A stretch of DNA of 64,000 nucleotides. It comes from Parvularcula sp. Lineage in GTDB: Bacteria; Pseudomonadota; Alphaproteobacteria; Caulobacterales; Parvularculaceae. The position numbers were made by a program, and so were the translations under genes. This document shows, one piece after another, positions 35,594 through 44,811 of this stretch; position 1 is the first letter of the stretch, and each line of letters starts with the position of its first letter. The notes beneath the pieces are model-generated. The model saw only the letters and a list, made by a program, of their open reading frames with translations, was not told where the DNA came from and made no database searches. The stretch lies in NCBI GenBank assembly GCA_002704915.1, contig PAIP01000034.1:5827-69826 (forward strand), in the 5' to 3' direction.

Positions 35594-36511
35594 TTGTCGA
35601 TCAGATTTGACGGAAAAGTCGCCATTGTCACCGGCGCCGGCAACGGCCTCGGGCGCAGTCATGCGCTGGCTCTGGCTGAGCGCGGCGCAAAAGTCGTCGT
35701 CAACGATCTCGGCGGGGCGAGGGACGGCACAGGCGGATCGCTTTCCGCGGCGGAAGAGGTCGTCAATCACATCAACGCCTCAGGCGGCGAGGCGATCGCC
35801 GACGGCGCCAATGTGACGAAAGAGGGCGAAGTCTCCGCCATGGTGAAAGCGGCCATGGACAAATGGGGCCGCATCGACATTCTCGTCAACAACGCCGGCA
35901 TTCTGCGCGACAAGTCCTTCCATAAAATGACGCTCGACGATTTCAGGGCGGTGATCGACGTGCATCTTGTGGGCTCCGCGATCTGCACCCATGCGGTCTG
36001 GCCGATCATGCGTGAGCAGACTTATGGGCGCGTGATTTTAACGTCGTCGCCTTCCGGCCTGCACGGCATTTTCGGCCAGGTGAATTACGGCGCCGCGAAA
36101 GCTGGCATGATCGGGATGATGAACGCGCTTCATCTCGAGGGCGCGAAATACAACATAAAAACGAATGTCCTGTCGCCTTCGGCCAAAACGCGCATGACAG
36201 AAGATCTCGGCATACCAGAAGAAATCCTCAACCAGATGACGCCTGAGGCGATTACCGCGGCGATGCTGTACCTCGTCAGCGAAGACGCCCCCTCTCGTGC
36301 GATTGTGAGCTGCGCTGCGGGAGGCTATTCCCGCGCTTATGTCGTTGAGACCGATGGTGTTTATTTGCCGCCGGAGAAACAGACGCCCGAGGAAATCGCG
36401 GAAAACTGGGATCAAATCTCATCCACGAAAGATGTCCATTATTACGAGAACTCGTCGGGCCCGAATATGAACTTCATCGGCAAGGCCAAAACCTACGCCG
36501 ACAAGAAATGA
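35594..36511 (+). CDS. SDR-family oxidoreductase (3-hydroxyacyl-CoA dehydrogenase-like, MFE-2 type)
   Basis: VAIVTGAGNGLGRSHAL, NNAGILRD and YGAAK catalytic motifs. Confidence 0.85.
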   Translation: MSIRFDGKVAIVTGAGNGLGRSHALALAERGAKVVVNDLGGARDGTGGSLSAAEEVVNHINASGGEAIADGANVTKEGEVSAMVKAAMDKWGRIDILVNNAGILRDKSFHKMTLDDFRAVIDVHLVGSAICTHAVWPIMREQTYGRVILTSSPSGLHGIFGQVNYGAAKAGMIGMMNALHLEGAKYNIKTNVLSPSAKTRMTEDLGIPEEILNQMTPEAITAAMLYLVSEDAPSRAIVSCAAGGYSRAYVVETDGVYLPPEKQTPEEIAENWDQISSTKDVHYYENSSGPNMNFIGKAKTYADKK

Positions 36512-36529
36512 ATATGGAAATAGCCGCCC

Positions 36530-36733
36530 ATGTATCTGATGGCGCGCATCGATACGCAAACGGGCGTTGAAACGGAATGGTTTGTGGCTTTCACACCGGA
36601 TGTGGAGCAGGTGCAGGTCACAAGAACGCGCAAAAACGCCAGGCGGTTTAAGCGCGAAAGCGATGCTATGTCAGCCAGGGATATGGCGGCGAACATAGCG
36701 CCGGAACATCAATGGAAAGTCGTTGCTGCGTGA
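36530..36733 (+). CDS. hypothetical small protein (67 aa) inside the beta-oxidation operon
   Basis: This is the only ORF filling the SDR-thiolase gap. I recognise no family. Confidence 0.3.
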   Translation: MYLMARIDTQTGVETEWFVAFTPDVEQVQVTRTRKNARRFKRESDAMSARDMAANIAPEHQWKVVAA

Positions 36734-36767
36734 GTTCTGCAACGACGCTGCAAATGAGGAGATCATC

Positions 36768-37964
36768 ATGAGAGAAGCCGTCATCGTTTCGACCGCCAGG
36801 ACGCCCATCGGCAAGGCCTATCGCGGCGCGTTCAACAACACGACGTCGCCGGCGATGGCGGCCCACGCCATGACCAATGCGATTGAGCGCGCCAAGATCG
36901 AGCCGGGCGAGGTCGAGGATGTAGTGGCCGGCGCGGCGCTGCAAATGGGCACCGCGACGCCCAATGTCGCGCGGCTTTCCTTGTTGCGGGCCGGCATGCC
37001 CCATGACGTGCCGGGCCAGTCCCTCGACCGGCAATGCGCCTCCGGCATGATGGCGATTGCGACGGCGGCGAAACAAGTGATCTCAGACAATATGCAAATC
37101 GCCATGGGTGTCGGCGTCGAGTCGATCTCCATGAACCAGACGAAGCAGATGTTCGTTCATCCCGACCCATGGCTTCTCCAGAATCTGCCCGCGACGTATA
37201 TGCAGATGATCGAGACGGCGGAGATTGTTGCGGAGCGCTACAACATCTCCCGCGATGCCCAGGACGAATATGCGCTCCAGTCGCAACAGCGCACCCACGC
37301 CGCGCAGCAGGCGGGCAAGTTCGACGACGAGATCGTTCCGCTCGCTTCGGTGATGAAGTTCGTCAACAAGGAAACCGGCGAAACCTCCGATGTTGAGACA
37401 AAACTCGAAAAAGACGAGGGCAACCGCCCGGAAACGACGCTGGAAGGCTTGCAAGGGCTGAAGCCTGTCTTCAAGGGCGGCCAGCAGGTTCAGGAAGGTA
37501 ATTACATCACCGCCGGCAACGCCTCGCAATTGTCAGATGGTGCGTCCGCGGCGGTTGTGATGGAAGCAAAGGAAGCCTCGAAACGCGGGCTGTCGCCGCT
37601 CGGCATTTATCGCGGCATGGCGGTTGCGGGAACGAACCCGGACGAGATGGGCATTGGCCCCGTCTTCGCGGTGCCGAAGCTTCTCGAAAAGTTCAATCTC
37701 AAGATGGACGACATCGGCCTTTGGGAGTTGAACGAAGCCTTCGCGGTGCAGGTTCTTTATTGCCGCGACAAGCTCGGCATTCCCGACGAGCTCCTGAACG
37801 TCAATGGCGGCGCTATTTCCGTCGGCCACCCTTACGGCATGTCCGGCGCGCGCATGGTCGGCCACGCGCTCATTGAGGGCAAACGCCGCGGCGCCAAATA
37901 TGTCGTCTGCACCATGTGCGTCGGCGGCGGCATGGGCGCCGCGGGTCTCTTCGAAGTCGCATAA
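36768..37964 (+). CDS. acetyl-CoA C-acyltransferase (thiolase)
   Basis: [22 protein letters not shown], the active-site DRQCASGM, and the C-terminal [17 protein letters not shown]...CVGGGMG. Confidence 0.92.
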   Translation: MREAVIVSTARTPIGKAYRGAFNNTTSPAMAAHAMTNAIERAKIEPGEVEDVVAGAALQMGTATPNVARLSLLRAGMPHDVPGQSLDRQCASGMMAIATAAKQVISDNMQIAMGVGVESISMNQTKQMFVHPDPWLLQNLPATYMQMIETAEIVAERYNISRDAQDEYALQSQQRTHAAQQAGKFDDEIVPLASVMKFVNKETGETSDVETKLEKDEGNRPETTLEGLQGLKPVFKGGQQVQEGNYITAGNASQLSDGASAAVVMEAKEASKRGLSPLGIYRGMAVAGTNPDEMGIGPVFAVPKLLEKFNLKMDDIGLWELNEAFAVQVLYCRDKLGIPDELLNVNGGAISVGHPYGMSGARMVGHALIEGKRRGAKYVVCTMCVGGGMGAAGLFEVA

Positions 37965-38330
37965 GTGGCGACGGATTACGACGCCATTCACGATCTCATC
38001 CGCGAAGTGCCTAAGGGCGAGGCCGCAAGCTACGGCATGATCGCGAGCCTTCTGCCCGGCGTCGGGCCGCGGCAGGTGGCCCGCGCCATGCGCTCCGCGC
38101 CGAAAGACCTGAAATGGTATCGCATCGTCACGGCGTCCGGCGCGCCGGCCGATCATTCCGGCGCTGAGGAACAGCGCCGCCGCCTGAAAAAGGAAGGCGT
38201 TGCTTTCAAAAAGAACGGCGCCGTCGATTGGACGCAATGCCGCTGGAAGGGGCCTTCTCAAAAGTGGGTGGACAAATCCGGCCGGCAGATTGAAGAGGTG
38301 ACGGAAGTGATCGCCGGCTGGAAAAGATGA
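37965..38330 (+). CDS. MGMT-family DNA-binding protein lacking the acceptor Cys (alkyltransferase-like, ATL)
   Basis: The HTH SYGMIASLL...PRQVARAM is followed by KWYRIV where MGMT has PCHRVV. The GTG start directly abuts the thiolase stop. Confidence 0.65.
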   Translation: MATDYDAIHDLIREVPKGEAASYGMIASLLPGVGPRQVARAMRSAPKDLKWYRIVTASGAPADHSGAEEQRRRLKKEGVAFKKNGAVDWTQCRWKGPSQKWVDKSGRQIEEVTEVIAGWKR

Positions 38331-38482
38331 ATTGCTGTAAAACGTCGCGTCATCCCGTGCGCGGCGCGGCGTCATGACGACGCGGTGCAGACACGGGATC
38401 TCCGGAAATAGATCCCGGATCTGCAAAGCATCGTTTCCCGCTGCATTGCGTCCGGGATGACAACTTCCTAGTCTCGATAGTC

Positions 38483-39154
38483 ATGCGCATCACCTTCCTT
38501 CTCTTCCCGAACCTGACGCAGCTCGATTTCACTGGCCCGTTGCAGGTGTTGTCTCGGCTGCCGGGCGCGGAGGTTGCACTCGCTGCGAAAACAAAAGCGC
38601 CGGTTCCGACGGATACGGCGCTGACGATCAACCCGACCCATCATTTCACGGACTGTCCGCCGACGGATCTTCTCTGTATTCCCGGCGGTTTCGGCATTGA
38701 TGACGCCATGCAGGACCAAGGCACGATTGCGTTCGTAAAGCGCGAAGGCGCGCGGGCGAACTATGTGACTTCCGTCTGTACCGGCGCCTTCATTCTCGGC
38801 GCAGCGGGGCTGCTTGAAGGAAAGAAAGCCACAACCCACTGGGCCTATCATGACCATTTGAAAGCTGTCGGCGCCGAGCCGGTGAAGGCCCGCGTCGTGC
38901 GCGACGGCAATCTCTTCACCGGCGGCGGGGTTACGGCGGGGATCGACTTCGCCTTCACGCTGGCGGCGGAAATCGCCGGCGAAGACGTCGCCAGGGCGAT
39001 CCAGCTCGGGCTCGAATATGACCCCGCGCCGCCATTTCACGCAGGATCGCCGGACAAGGCGGGCGCCCCGGCGCTTGAGGCCATGCAGGCTCGTTACGCC
39101 CCGCGCGTCGCGGAGTTTCGCAAGGCGCTGGCGGTCGCGTTAAGCTACCGTTAA
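38483..39154 (+). CDS. DJ-1/PfpI family protein
   Basis: MRITFLLFPNLTQLDFTGP...IPGG...SVCTGAFILGAAGLL shows the nucleophile-elbow Cys. Confidence 0.85.
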   Translation: MRITFLLFPNLTQLDFTGPLQVLSRLPGAEVALAAKTKAPVPTDTALTINPTHHFTDCPPTDLLCIPGGFGIDDAMQDQGTIAFVKREGARANYVTSVCTGAFILGAAGLLEGKKATTHWAYHDHLKAVGAEPVKARVVRDGNLFTGGGVTAGIDFAFTLAAEIAGEDVARAIQLGLEYDPAPPFHAGSPDKAGAPALEAMQARYAPRVAEFRKALAVALSYR

Positions 39155-39251
39155 TCACCGCCTTGCGAAGAGTTAAGCCGAAGGCGCGCGCGCTGGCCCT
39201 ATTTTGGCCGGAATGAGGGGCGAGGCTCCGCCAGATTTTTGGGAGGCATTC

Positions 39252-39809
39252 ATGACCGCCATTCGTGCATTTCGTTTTTTGTTTGTTCTGCTGGCGGGCT
39301 TGAGCGCGCTTTCCGGCGCCGCCTATGCCGCGTCGAAGGAAAAAATCGACCGCCGCACCAATGAGGCGCTGTCCGAATTCCGCGAGGATATCGGCGGGGC
39401 CGATGAAGTGCTCGCCCGCGCCAAAGGCGTTCTGGTTTTTCCGCTGATCCGCAAAGGCGGCATCGGGATCGGCGGCGAATATGGTCAGGGCGCCTTGCGC
39501 ATCGGCGGGGAGACCGCCGCCTATTATTCGACCGCCGCCGCCTCCATCGGGCTTCAGTTCGGCGGCCAGTCGCGCCGCCAGATCATTGTCTTTCTCGATC
39601 AGGGCGCGCTCGACAAATTCCGTTCAAGTCAGGGCTGGGAAATCGGCGTCGATGCATCTGTCGCCGTCGTCACCCTTGGCGCGGGCGGCGCCATTGACAC
39701 CACACAGTTGAACCAGCCGATCGTCGCTTTCGTCTTCGACAACAAGGGGCTCATGTACAATCTGTCGCTCGAAGGTTCGAAGATCAGCCAGATCCACGAC
39801 GACGATTAA
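39252..39809 (+). CDS. SYLF (DUF500) lipid-binding-domain protein, secreted
   Basis: A signal peptide, then the GIGIGGEYGQGAL...ASIGLQFGGQ...GVDASVAV repeats typical of the SYLF/Ysc84 domain. Confidence 0.75.
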   Translation: MTAIRAFRFLFVLLAGLSALSGAAYAASKEKIDRRTNEALSEFREDIGGADEVLARAKGVLVFPLIRKGGIGIGGEYGQGALRIGGETAAYYSTAAASIGLQFGGQSRRQIIVFLDQGALDKFRSSQGWEIGVDASVAVVTLGAGGAIDTTQLNQPIVAFVFDNKGLMYNLSLEGSKISQIHDDD

Positions 39810-40813
39810 ACGTTTTCAATCGCCGCAAGCTGCGCGCGTTTTTCGCCTTCGCTGAGAAAAGACCCGAGAAAGCTGTTCTTTGCGAGTGTCTTGATATCCT
39901 CGCGTGTCAGCGGCAGCGCCTCGATGACGGCTTTGAAATTATCATTCATATAGCCGCCGAAATAAGACGGGTCGTCGGAGTTCACGGTGGCGCGCAAGTT
40001 TAACTCAAGCATCCGCTTCAAGGGGTGCGCGCGCATGTCATCGACAACGCAAAGTTTCAGATTGGACAGGGGGCAGACCGTCAGCGTCATTTGTTCTTTT
40101 GCGAGACGCTCAACCAGCGCGGCGTCTTCCAGCGAGCGGTTGCCGTGATCGAGCCGGTCGACAGCGAGGCAGTCCAGCGCCTCGTGAACATAATCGGGCG
40201 GGCCTTCCTCGCCCGCATGAGCCACAAGCTTTAATCCGCGCTCGCGCGCCGCCTTGAAGACCCGTTCGAATTTCGACGGCGGGTGGCCGACTTCGGACGA
40301 GTCGAGCCCCACGGCCTCAATCCGATCAAGCCAGTTTTCCGCCTGTTTCAGCGTTTCAAAAGCGTCCTCTTCCGGCAGATGGCGCAGGAAACACATGATC
40401 AGCTTTGCTGTCATGCCGAATTGCGCCTTCGCCATTGAAAGCGCTGTCACTATGCCGCTGATCGCCGTATCGAAAGAAACCCCGCGTTCCGTGTGGCCTT
40501 GCGGATCAAAAAAAATCTCCGCATGGCGCACATTGTCGGCGCGCGCGCGGTTGAGATAGGCCATGGTGAGGTCGAAGAAATCTTCTTCCGTCAGAAGAAC
40601 GCTCATCCCCTGATAATAGATGTCTAGAAAATCCTGCAGGTTTGAAAACTTATAGGCCGCGCGAACCTCGTCTATGGACGCGAATGGAATATCGACCTTG
40701 TTGCGCTGCGCCAGTTTGAACAGCATCTCTGGCTCAAGGCTGCCCTCAATATGAAGATGCAGCTCCGCCTTCGGGAGCGCCGCAGCATAGGCGATGAGAT
40801 CTTGCTTGTTCAT
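39806..40813 (-). CDS. adenosine/adenine deaminase family protein (adenine deaminase type)
   Basis: LPKAELHLHIEGSLEPEMLF...HAGEEGPP...VNSDDPSYFGGY. The start at ATG 40813 overlaps the upstream stop (ATGA). Confidence 0.85.
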   Translation of the reverse strand: MNKQDLIAYAAALPKAELHLHIEGSLEPEMLFKLAQRNKVDIPFASIDEVRAAYKFSNLQDFLDIYYQGMSVLLTEEDFFDLTMAYLNRARADNVRHAEIFFDPQGHTERGVSFDTAISGIVTALSMAKAQFGMTAKLIMCFLRHLPEEDAFETLKQAENWLDRIEAVGLDSSEVGHPPSKFERVFKAARERGLKLVAHAGEEGPPDYVHEALDCLAVDRLDHGNRSLEDAALVERLAKEQMTLTVCPLSNLKLCVVDDMRAHPLKRMLELNLRATVNSDDPSYFGGYMNDNFKAVIEALPLTREDIKTLAKNSFLGSFLSEGEKRAQLAAIENV

Positions 40814-41370
40814 GCGGGCTTCCTGAACAGGCTGATAAGACTTGCTATCGCAGCGCTGACGACGGCGGCGAGGGCGCACACGGTTCCGAGCATGGCGGCG
40901 GCTCCTTTAATGTTGGTCATGACCTGCTGCGCGGTCGCGGGCGCGCCGCGGTCAGGAATGTAATCGCCCGCCATGAGAAAGAGGAGCGCGTTTTCGGCGA
41001 TCTCCGCCGCGAAAAGAATCAGCGGCAACAACAGCAAAAAACGCAAGGGTGTTGCCGCGAGCTTCAAAATTTTGAGCCCAAGCGCGATGGCGGCGGTGAT
41101 CATCGCCGCGTTCAGAAAGGCGAAGGGAATATCGACCGCCTGAAAAATCAGATAGTCGCTTGTCGCCTCGCCAAGCTTGCCGAAAGCAAGCGCCGGCTGT
41201 TCATCGTGAAAGCCTTGCAAGGTTTCAGGCAAGTGCGCCGCCGCCTCCTGCGCGCGCGTCCAGAAACCGGGACGGATGAAGGCCCAGTATGAATAGGCGA
41301 ATAAAAGAACAAAGCTGACGATAAAGCGCAGCCAGCTTGCTTTTTCGATCATGCGCGAAATGAACGTCAT
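40810..41370 (-). CDS. hypothetical membrane protein (186 aa)
   Basis: Several hydrophobic helices. It is translationally coupled to the deaminase gene. Confidence 0.55.
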   Translation of the reverse strand: MTFISRMIEKASWLRFIVSFVLLFAYSYWAFIRPGFWTRAQEAAAHLPETLQGFHDEQPALAFGKLGEATSDYLIFQAVDIPFAFLNAAMITAAIALGLKILKLAATPLRFLLLLPLILFAAEIAENALLFLMAGDYIPDRGAPATAQQVMTNIKGAAAMLGTVCALAAVVSAAIASLISLFRKPA

Positions 41371-41430
41371 GGCGCCCTCCCATCCGCGCTTCTAGCACAA
41401 AGCGCGGCGGGAAAGAAAACCGGCCCCGGC

Positions 41431-43161
41431 CTACCGGTCGAACAGATAGCGGTCCTTGAACCCGGCCCCGTCCATATCCTTGAACCTGGCGTCGCCATCC
41501 TCGCGCGCAATGTCGAAAGCGGCGTGGGTGAAAGCGTTATAGGCGCCGCCCTCGATCGTATCGACCGCTTTGTATTCCGCGCGCGCGCCCTCGCGCGTGA
41601 TCGTGAGATCGATGAAGCCGTGATACTCGCCGGAGAGGAACCGCACATCCTTGTTGTCGCGATTGGTGAGAAGCGCATATTCGGCGCCCATGCCGCCGAG
41701 AAACTCCTTGCGGTAAGGCGAGGGCGACGTGACCGAATGCGTGCCGAGCTCGACGCCCATATGGCCGCCATTCTTATCGACGAGATCGTTCGCCCACCAA
41801 GTATGCGTGTCGCCGGTGACGACGATCATGCCGCCGGCGTTCGCTTCGCGCGCCAGATCGTAAAACCGTTCCCGCGCCGCCGGATAACCGTCCCAGGCGT
41901 CGAAATTGAGCGGCAGTCCGAGGGCGGACATTTTGACGAAGGCCCGCGCCTCGTTCCATTGCTGTTCAAGCTCGACAATCTGCGCTTCTTCCACATGCGG
42001 GTTGAGGTCGGGCGCGGTCACCTTCGCCATGATCACCTGATTGGCGATCAGGCGCCATGGCTGGCCCTTGGCGACGGAATTTCTGAAAGTACGGTCCAGA
42101 TAATCGAGCTGCGCGGCGCCCAGCATTTCCCGGCTCTCGTCCCAGAGAATGACATCGCGGAAATGCGCTACGTCTTCCGGCGTTTGAAGCGTTGGTATAA
42201 CTTCGGAGTATTCGAATTGCCGCGCGCGCGCCATGAGGCGCGTTTCCAGCGCTGCGACGGTCAGAAGGTCGCCATAGGAAAAAGAGCGGAAGAACGCTTC
42301 CGGGGCCATGTCCGGCTCGCGCACGGGCATCCATTCGTAATAGGCCTGCAGCGCCGCGCGCCGCCGCGCATCCCAGCTTCCTTCCGTCGCCGGGTCGTGA
42401 TTCTCCGCGCCGCCTGACCAGGAATCGTTCGATGTTTCATGATCGTCCCAAATGGCGATCAGCGGATGTTTCGCATGCATCGCCTGCGATGCCGGGTCGG
42501 CCTTATATTGCGCATGGCGGCGGCGGTAATCGGCAAGGGAGATGATTTCATGAGGCGGCTCGTGTTCCCGGTCGAGGGCGCGGCCCTGATCGCCGCCATA
42601 CCCTTCACGGCTATATTCGTAAATGTAGTCGCCGAGATGAATGACCGCGTCGAGATCGTCGTGACGCGCGACGAGATCGTAGACATTGAAATAACCGAAC
42701 GGATAGTTCGAGCACGACATGACGGCGAAGCGCGCCTGATCGATGGCGCCATCGGGCAACGTCTTCGTTCGCCCCGTTGGCGAGACGTCGCCGCCCAACC
42801 GGAAGCGATAAAAATACGTCATGCCCGGCGACAGCGCCTCGGCCAGCGCCTTGACGGTCCAGTCACGGGAAAGACCGGTCTGCGTTTCGCCTTTTGCAAT
42901 AATGTCGGTAAAGCTTTCATCGGCGGCGACTTCCCAGGCGACATTGGCGATGGCCGCACGGGTCACGGGCGTGATGCGCGTCCACAACACCACAGACGTC
43001 GCAGCCGGATCTCCCGAGGCGACCCCATGGGCGAAGACGCCGCCCGACGCTTCGCTGACTGCGACATAAGGCGTCATCTTCGGCGCGGATGCGCAGGAGG
43101 CGGCGCCCATGGCCGCGCCGGACAACAGCGCCGCGCGCCGCGTGATTTTCGCCTTGGTCAT
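41431..43161 (-). CDS. phoD: alkaline phosphatase D, Tat-secreted
   Basis: MTKAKITRRAALLSGAA twin-arginine signal and the PhoD core (GVASGDP...VLWTR..., DDHE, GDTHTWW). The track's 755-aa ORF is an upstream over-extension. Confidence 0.9.
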   Translation of the reverse strand: MTKAKITRRAALLSGAAMGAASCASAPKMTPYVAVSEASGGVFAHGVASGDPAATSVVLWTRITPVTRAAIANVAWEVAADESFTDIIAKGETQTGLSRDWTVKALAEALSPGMTYFYRFRLGGDVSPTGRTKTLPDGAIDQARFAVMSCSNYPFGYFNVYDLVARHDDLDAVIHLGDYIYEYSREGYGGDQGRALDREHEPPHEIISLADYRRRHAQYKADPASQAMHAKHPLIAIWDDHETSNDSWSGGAENHDPATEGSWDARRRAALQAYYEWMPVREPDMAPEAFFRSFSYGDLLTVAALETRLMARARQFEYSEVIPTLQTPEDVAHFRDVILWDESREMLGAAQLDYLDRTFRNSVAKGQPWRLIANQVIMAKVTAPDLNPHVEEAQIVELEQQWNEARAFVKMSALGLPLNFDAWDGYPAARERFYDLAREANAGGMIVVTGDTHTWWANDLVDKNGGHMGVELGTHSVTSPSPYRKEFLGGMGAEYALLTNRDNKDVRFLSGEYHGFIDLTITREGARAEYKAVDTIEGGAYNAFTHAAFDIAREDGDARFKDMDGAGFKDRYLFDR

Positions 43162-43290
43162 AAAATCCTCCGTCCCCGAAATCCTGTCATCATCCGCCCC
43201 CTGCGGGGTGGCCGCGCCCCGATTTTGCGCTAGTCTTATGACACAAATATCGGCGCTGTCGACGAAGCGCCGCAGCCAGTCGAGGGACCT

Positions 43291-44811
43291 ATGCGAAAAA
43301 CGGGATGGACGGCGCTCGCCGTTCTGATGCTCAGCGCTTGCGCTCAGCAAGAAGGGGGCGAAAGCGAAGAGGCGCAAGTCGAAAAGGCGGCGCCGGCGGA
43401 AACGGAAACCGCCGCCGCAACGGATGAAAACGAGGAGGATGTGGACGGCCCGGTGCGCCCGCCGTCGGATCCCTATCCGTCCACCTATGAACCCTATCCC
43501 GGAGAAACCGTGCTCCTGACCGGCGCCACCGTCCTCACGGGCGACGGCGAGCGCATTGACGACGGCGCGGTCCTGATCGCCGACGGCAAGATCGCCTCTG
43601 TGGGCGCGGCCGGCGAGGTCGAGGCGCCGGAGGGCGCCCGAACCGTCGACGCCGGCGGCAAATGGATCACACCAGGCATCATCGATATTCACTCCCATCT
43701 GGGCGATTATCCGTCGCCGTCAAACGACTCCACCTCCGACGGCAATGAGATCGTATCTCCCAACACCGCCTATGTCTGGGCCGAACATTCGGTCTGGCCG
43801 CAGGATGCGGGCTTTACGCGCGCACTCGCAGGCGGGATCACGTCCTTACAAATCCTTCCCGGTTCCGCGAACCTCTTTGGCGGGCGATCGGCGATCCTGA
43901 AAAACGTGCCCTCACGCTCCGTACAAGGAATGAAATTTCCGGGTGCGCCTTACGGCCTCAAAATGGCCTGCGGCGAAAATCCCAAGCGTGTTTATGGCGA
44001 CCGCGGCGGGCCCGATACGCGCATGGGCAATTTCGCCGGCTATCGTTCGGCCTGGATCGAAGCCGCCGCCTACAAGAAGAAGTGGGAAGATTACTGGGAA
44101 GACTATGATTCCTGGGTGGACAATGACGATGATGACAAGGGCGATGCGCCAGAGGCGCCGACGCGCGATCTGAAGCTTGAAACCCTTGCGGGCGCGCTCA
44201 ATGGCGACATCAAGGTCAACATGCACTGCTACCGCGCCGATGAAATGGTGCAGGTGCTCGATATGGCTGATGAGTTCGGCTATGACGTGACAACCTTCCA
44301 TCACGCCATCGAGGCTTACAAAATCGCGGATGTTCTTGCCGAGAACAATGTCTGCGCGGCCATGTGGGCCGACTGGTGGGGCTTCAAACTCGAAGCCTTC
44401 GATACGGTCGGCGAAAACGTTCCACTGGTGCATGCCCAACCCGGCGGCTGCGCCATCGTTCATTCTGACGATGCGCTCGGCATTCAGCGGCTCAATCAGG
44501 AAGCCGCCAAAGCCATGGCCGACGGCCGCCGCATCGGCATTGAGATCGAACCCGAAGACGCCATCGCATGGATCACGTCGAACCCGGCGAAAGCCATGGG
44601 CGTGCTCGATCGGACAGGCACCCTTGAAGAAGGCAAGATGGCCGATGTCGTCGTCTGGAACGGCAACCCGTTCTCGGTCTACGCCAAGGCGGAGAAAGTC
44701 TATATCGACGGGGCGCTGATGTATGACCGGTCCGATCCGTCGCGCTCGCCGCGCGTCGATTTCGAACTCGGCCTTCATGACAATGACTACACGGGCGGAG
44801 CAGGCCAATGA
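43291..44811 (+). CDS. secreted amidohydrolase-superfamily protein (lipoprotein)
   Basis: A lipobox (LSACA), the PGIIDIHSHLG metal-binding HxH motif and the C-terminal GTLEEGKMADVVVW. Confidence 0.85.
   Translation: MRKTGWTALAVLMLSACAQQEGGESEEAQVEKAAPAETETAAATDENEEDVDGPVRPPSDPYPSTYEPYPGETVLLTGATVLTGDGERIDDGAVLIADGKIASVGAAGEVEAPEGARTVDAGGKWITPGIIDIHSHLGDYPSPSNDSTSDGNEIVSPNTAYVWAEHSVWPQDAGFTRALAGGITSLQILPGSANLFGGRSAILKNVPSRSVQGMKFPGAPYGLKMACGENPKRVYGDRGGPDTRMGNFAGYRSAWIEAAAYKKKWEDYWEDYDSWVDNDDDDKGDAPEAPTRDLKLETLAGALNGDIKVNMHCYRADEMVQVLDMADEFGYDVTTFHHAIEAYKIADVLAENNVCAAMWADWWGFKLEAFDTVGENVPLVHAQPGGCAIVHSDDALGIQRLNQEAAKAMADGRRIGIEIEPEDAIAWITSNPAKAMGVLDRTGTLEEGKMADVVVWNGNPFSVYAKAEKVYIDGALMYDRSDPSRSPRVDFELGLHDNDYTGGAGQ

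Noticed and set aside
38349-38461. A structured intergenic element has 9-bp terminal inverted repeats (GTCATCCCG / CGGGATGAC), an internal CGGGATC...GATCCCG stem and a GTCATGAC palindrome, so it looks REP- or MITE-like.
   Set aside because: Only one copy is visible in this window, so repetitiveness cannot be shown. A whole-genome copy count would be needed before calling it a mobile or REP element.
41431-43698. The 755-aa ORF suggests a much larger PhoD or a fusion protein.
   Set aside because: The Tat signal MTKAKITRRAAL begins at ATG 43161. The upstream 179 codons are low-complexity and overlap the start of the divergent amidohydrolase gene and its promoter region. Similar over-extensions were trimmed for 17870..18505, 23652..24800, 24920..25981, 39806..40879 and 48862..50013.
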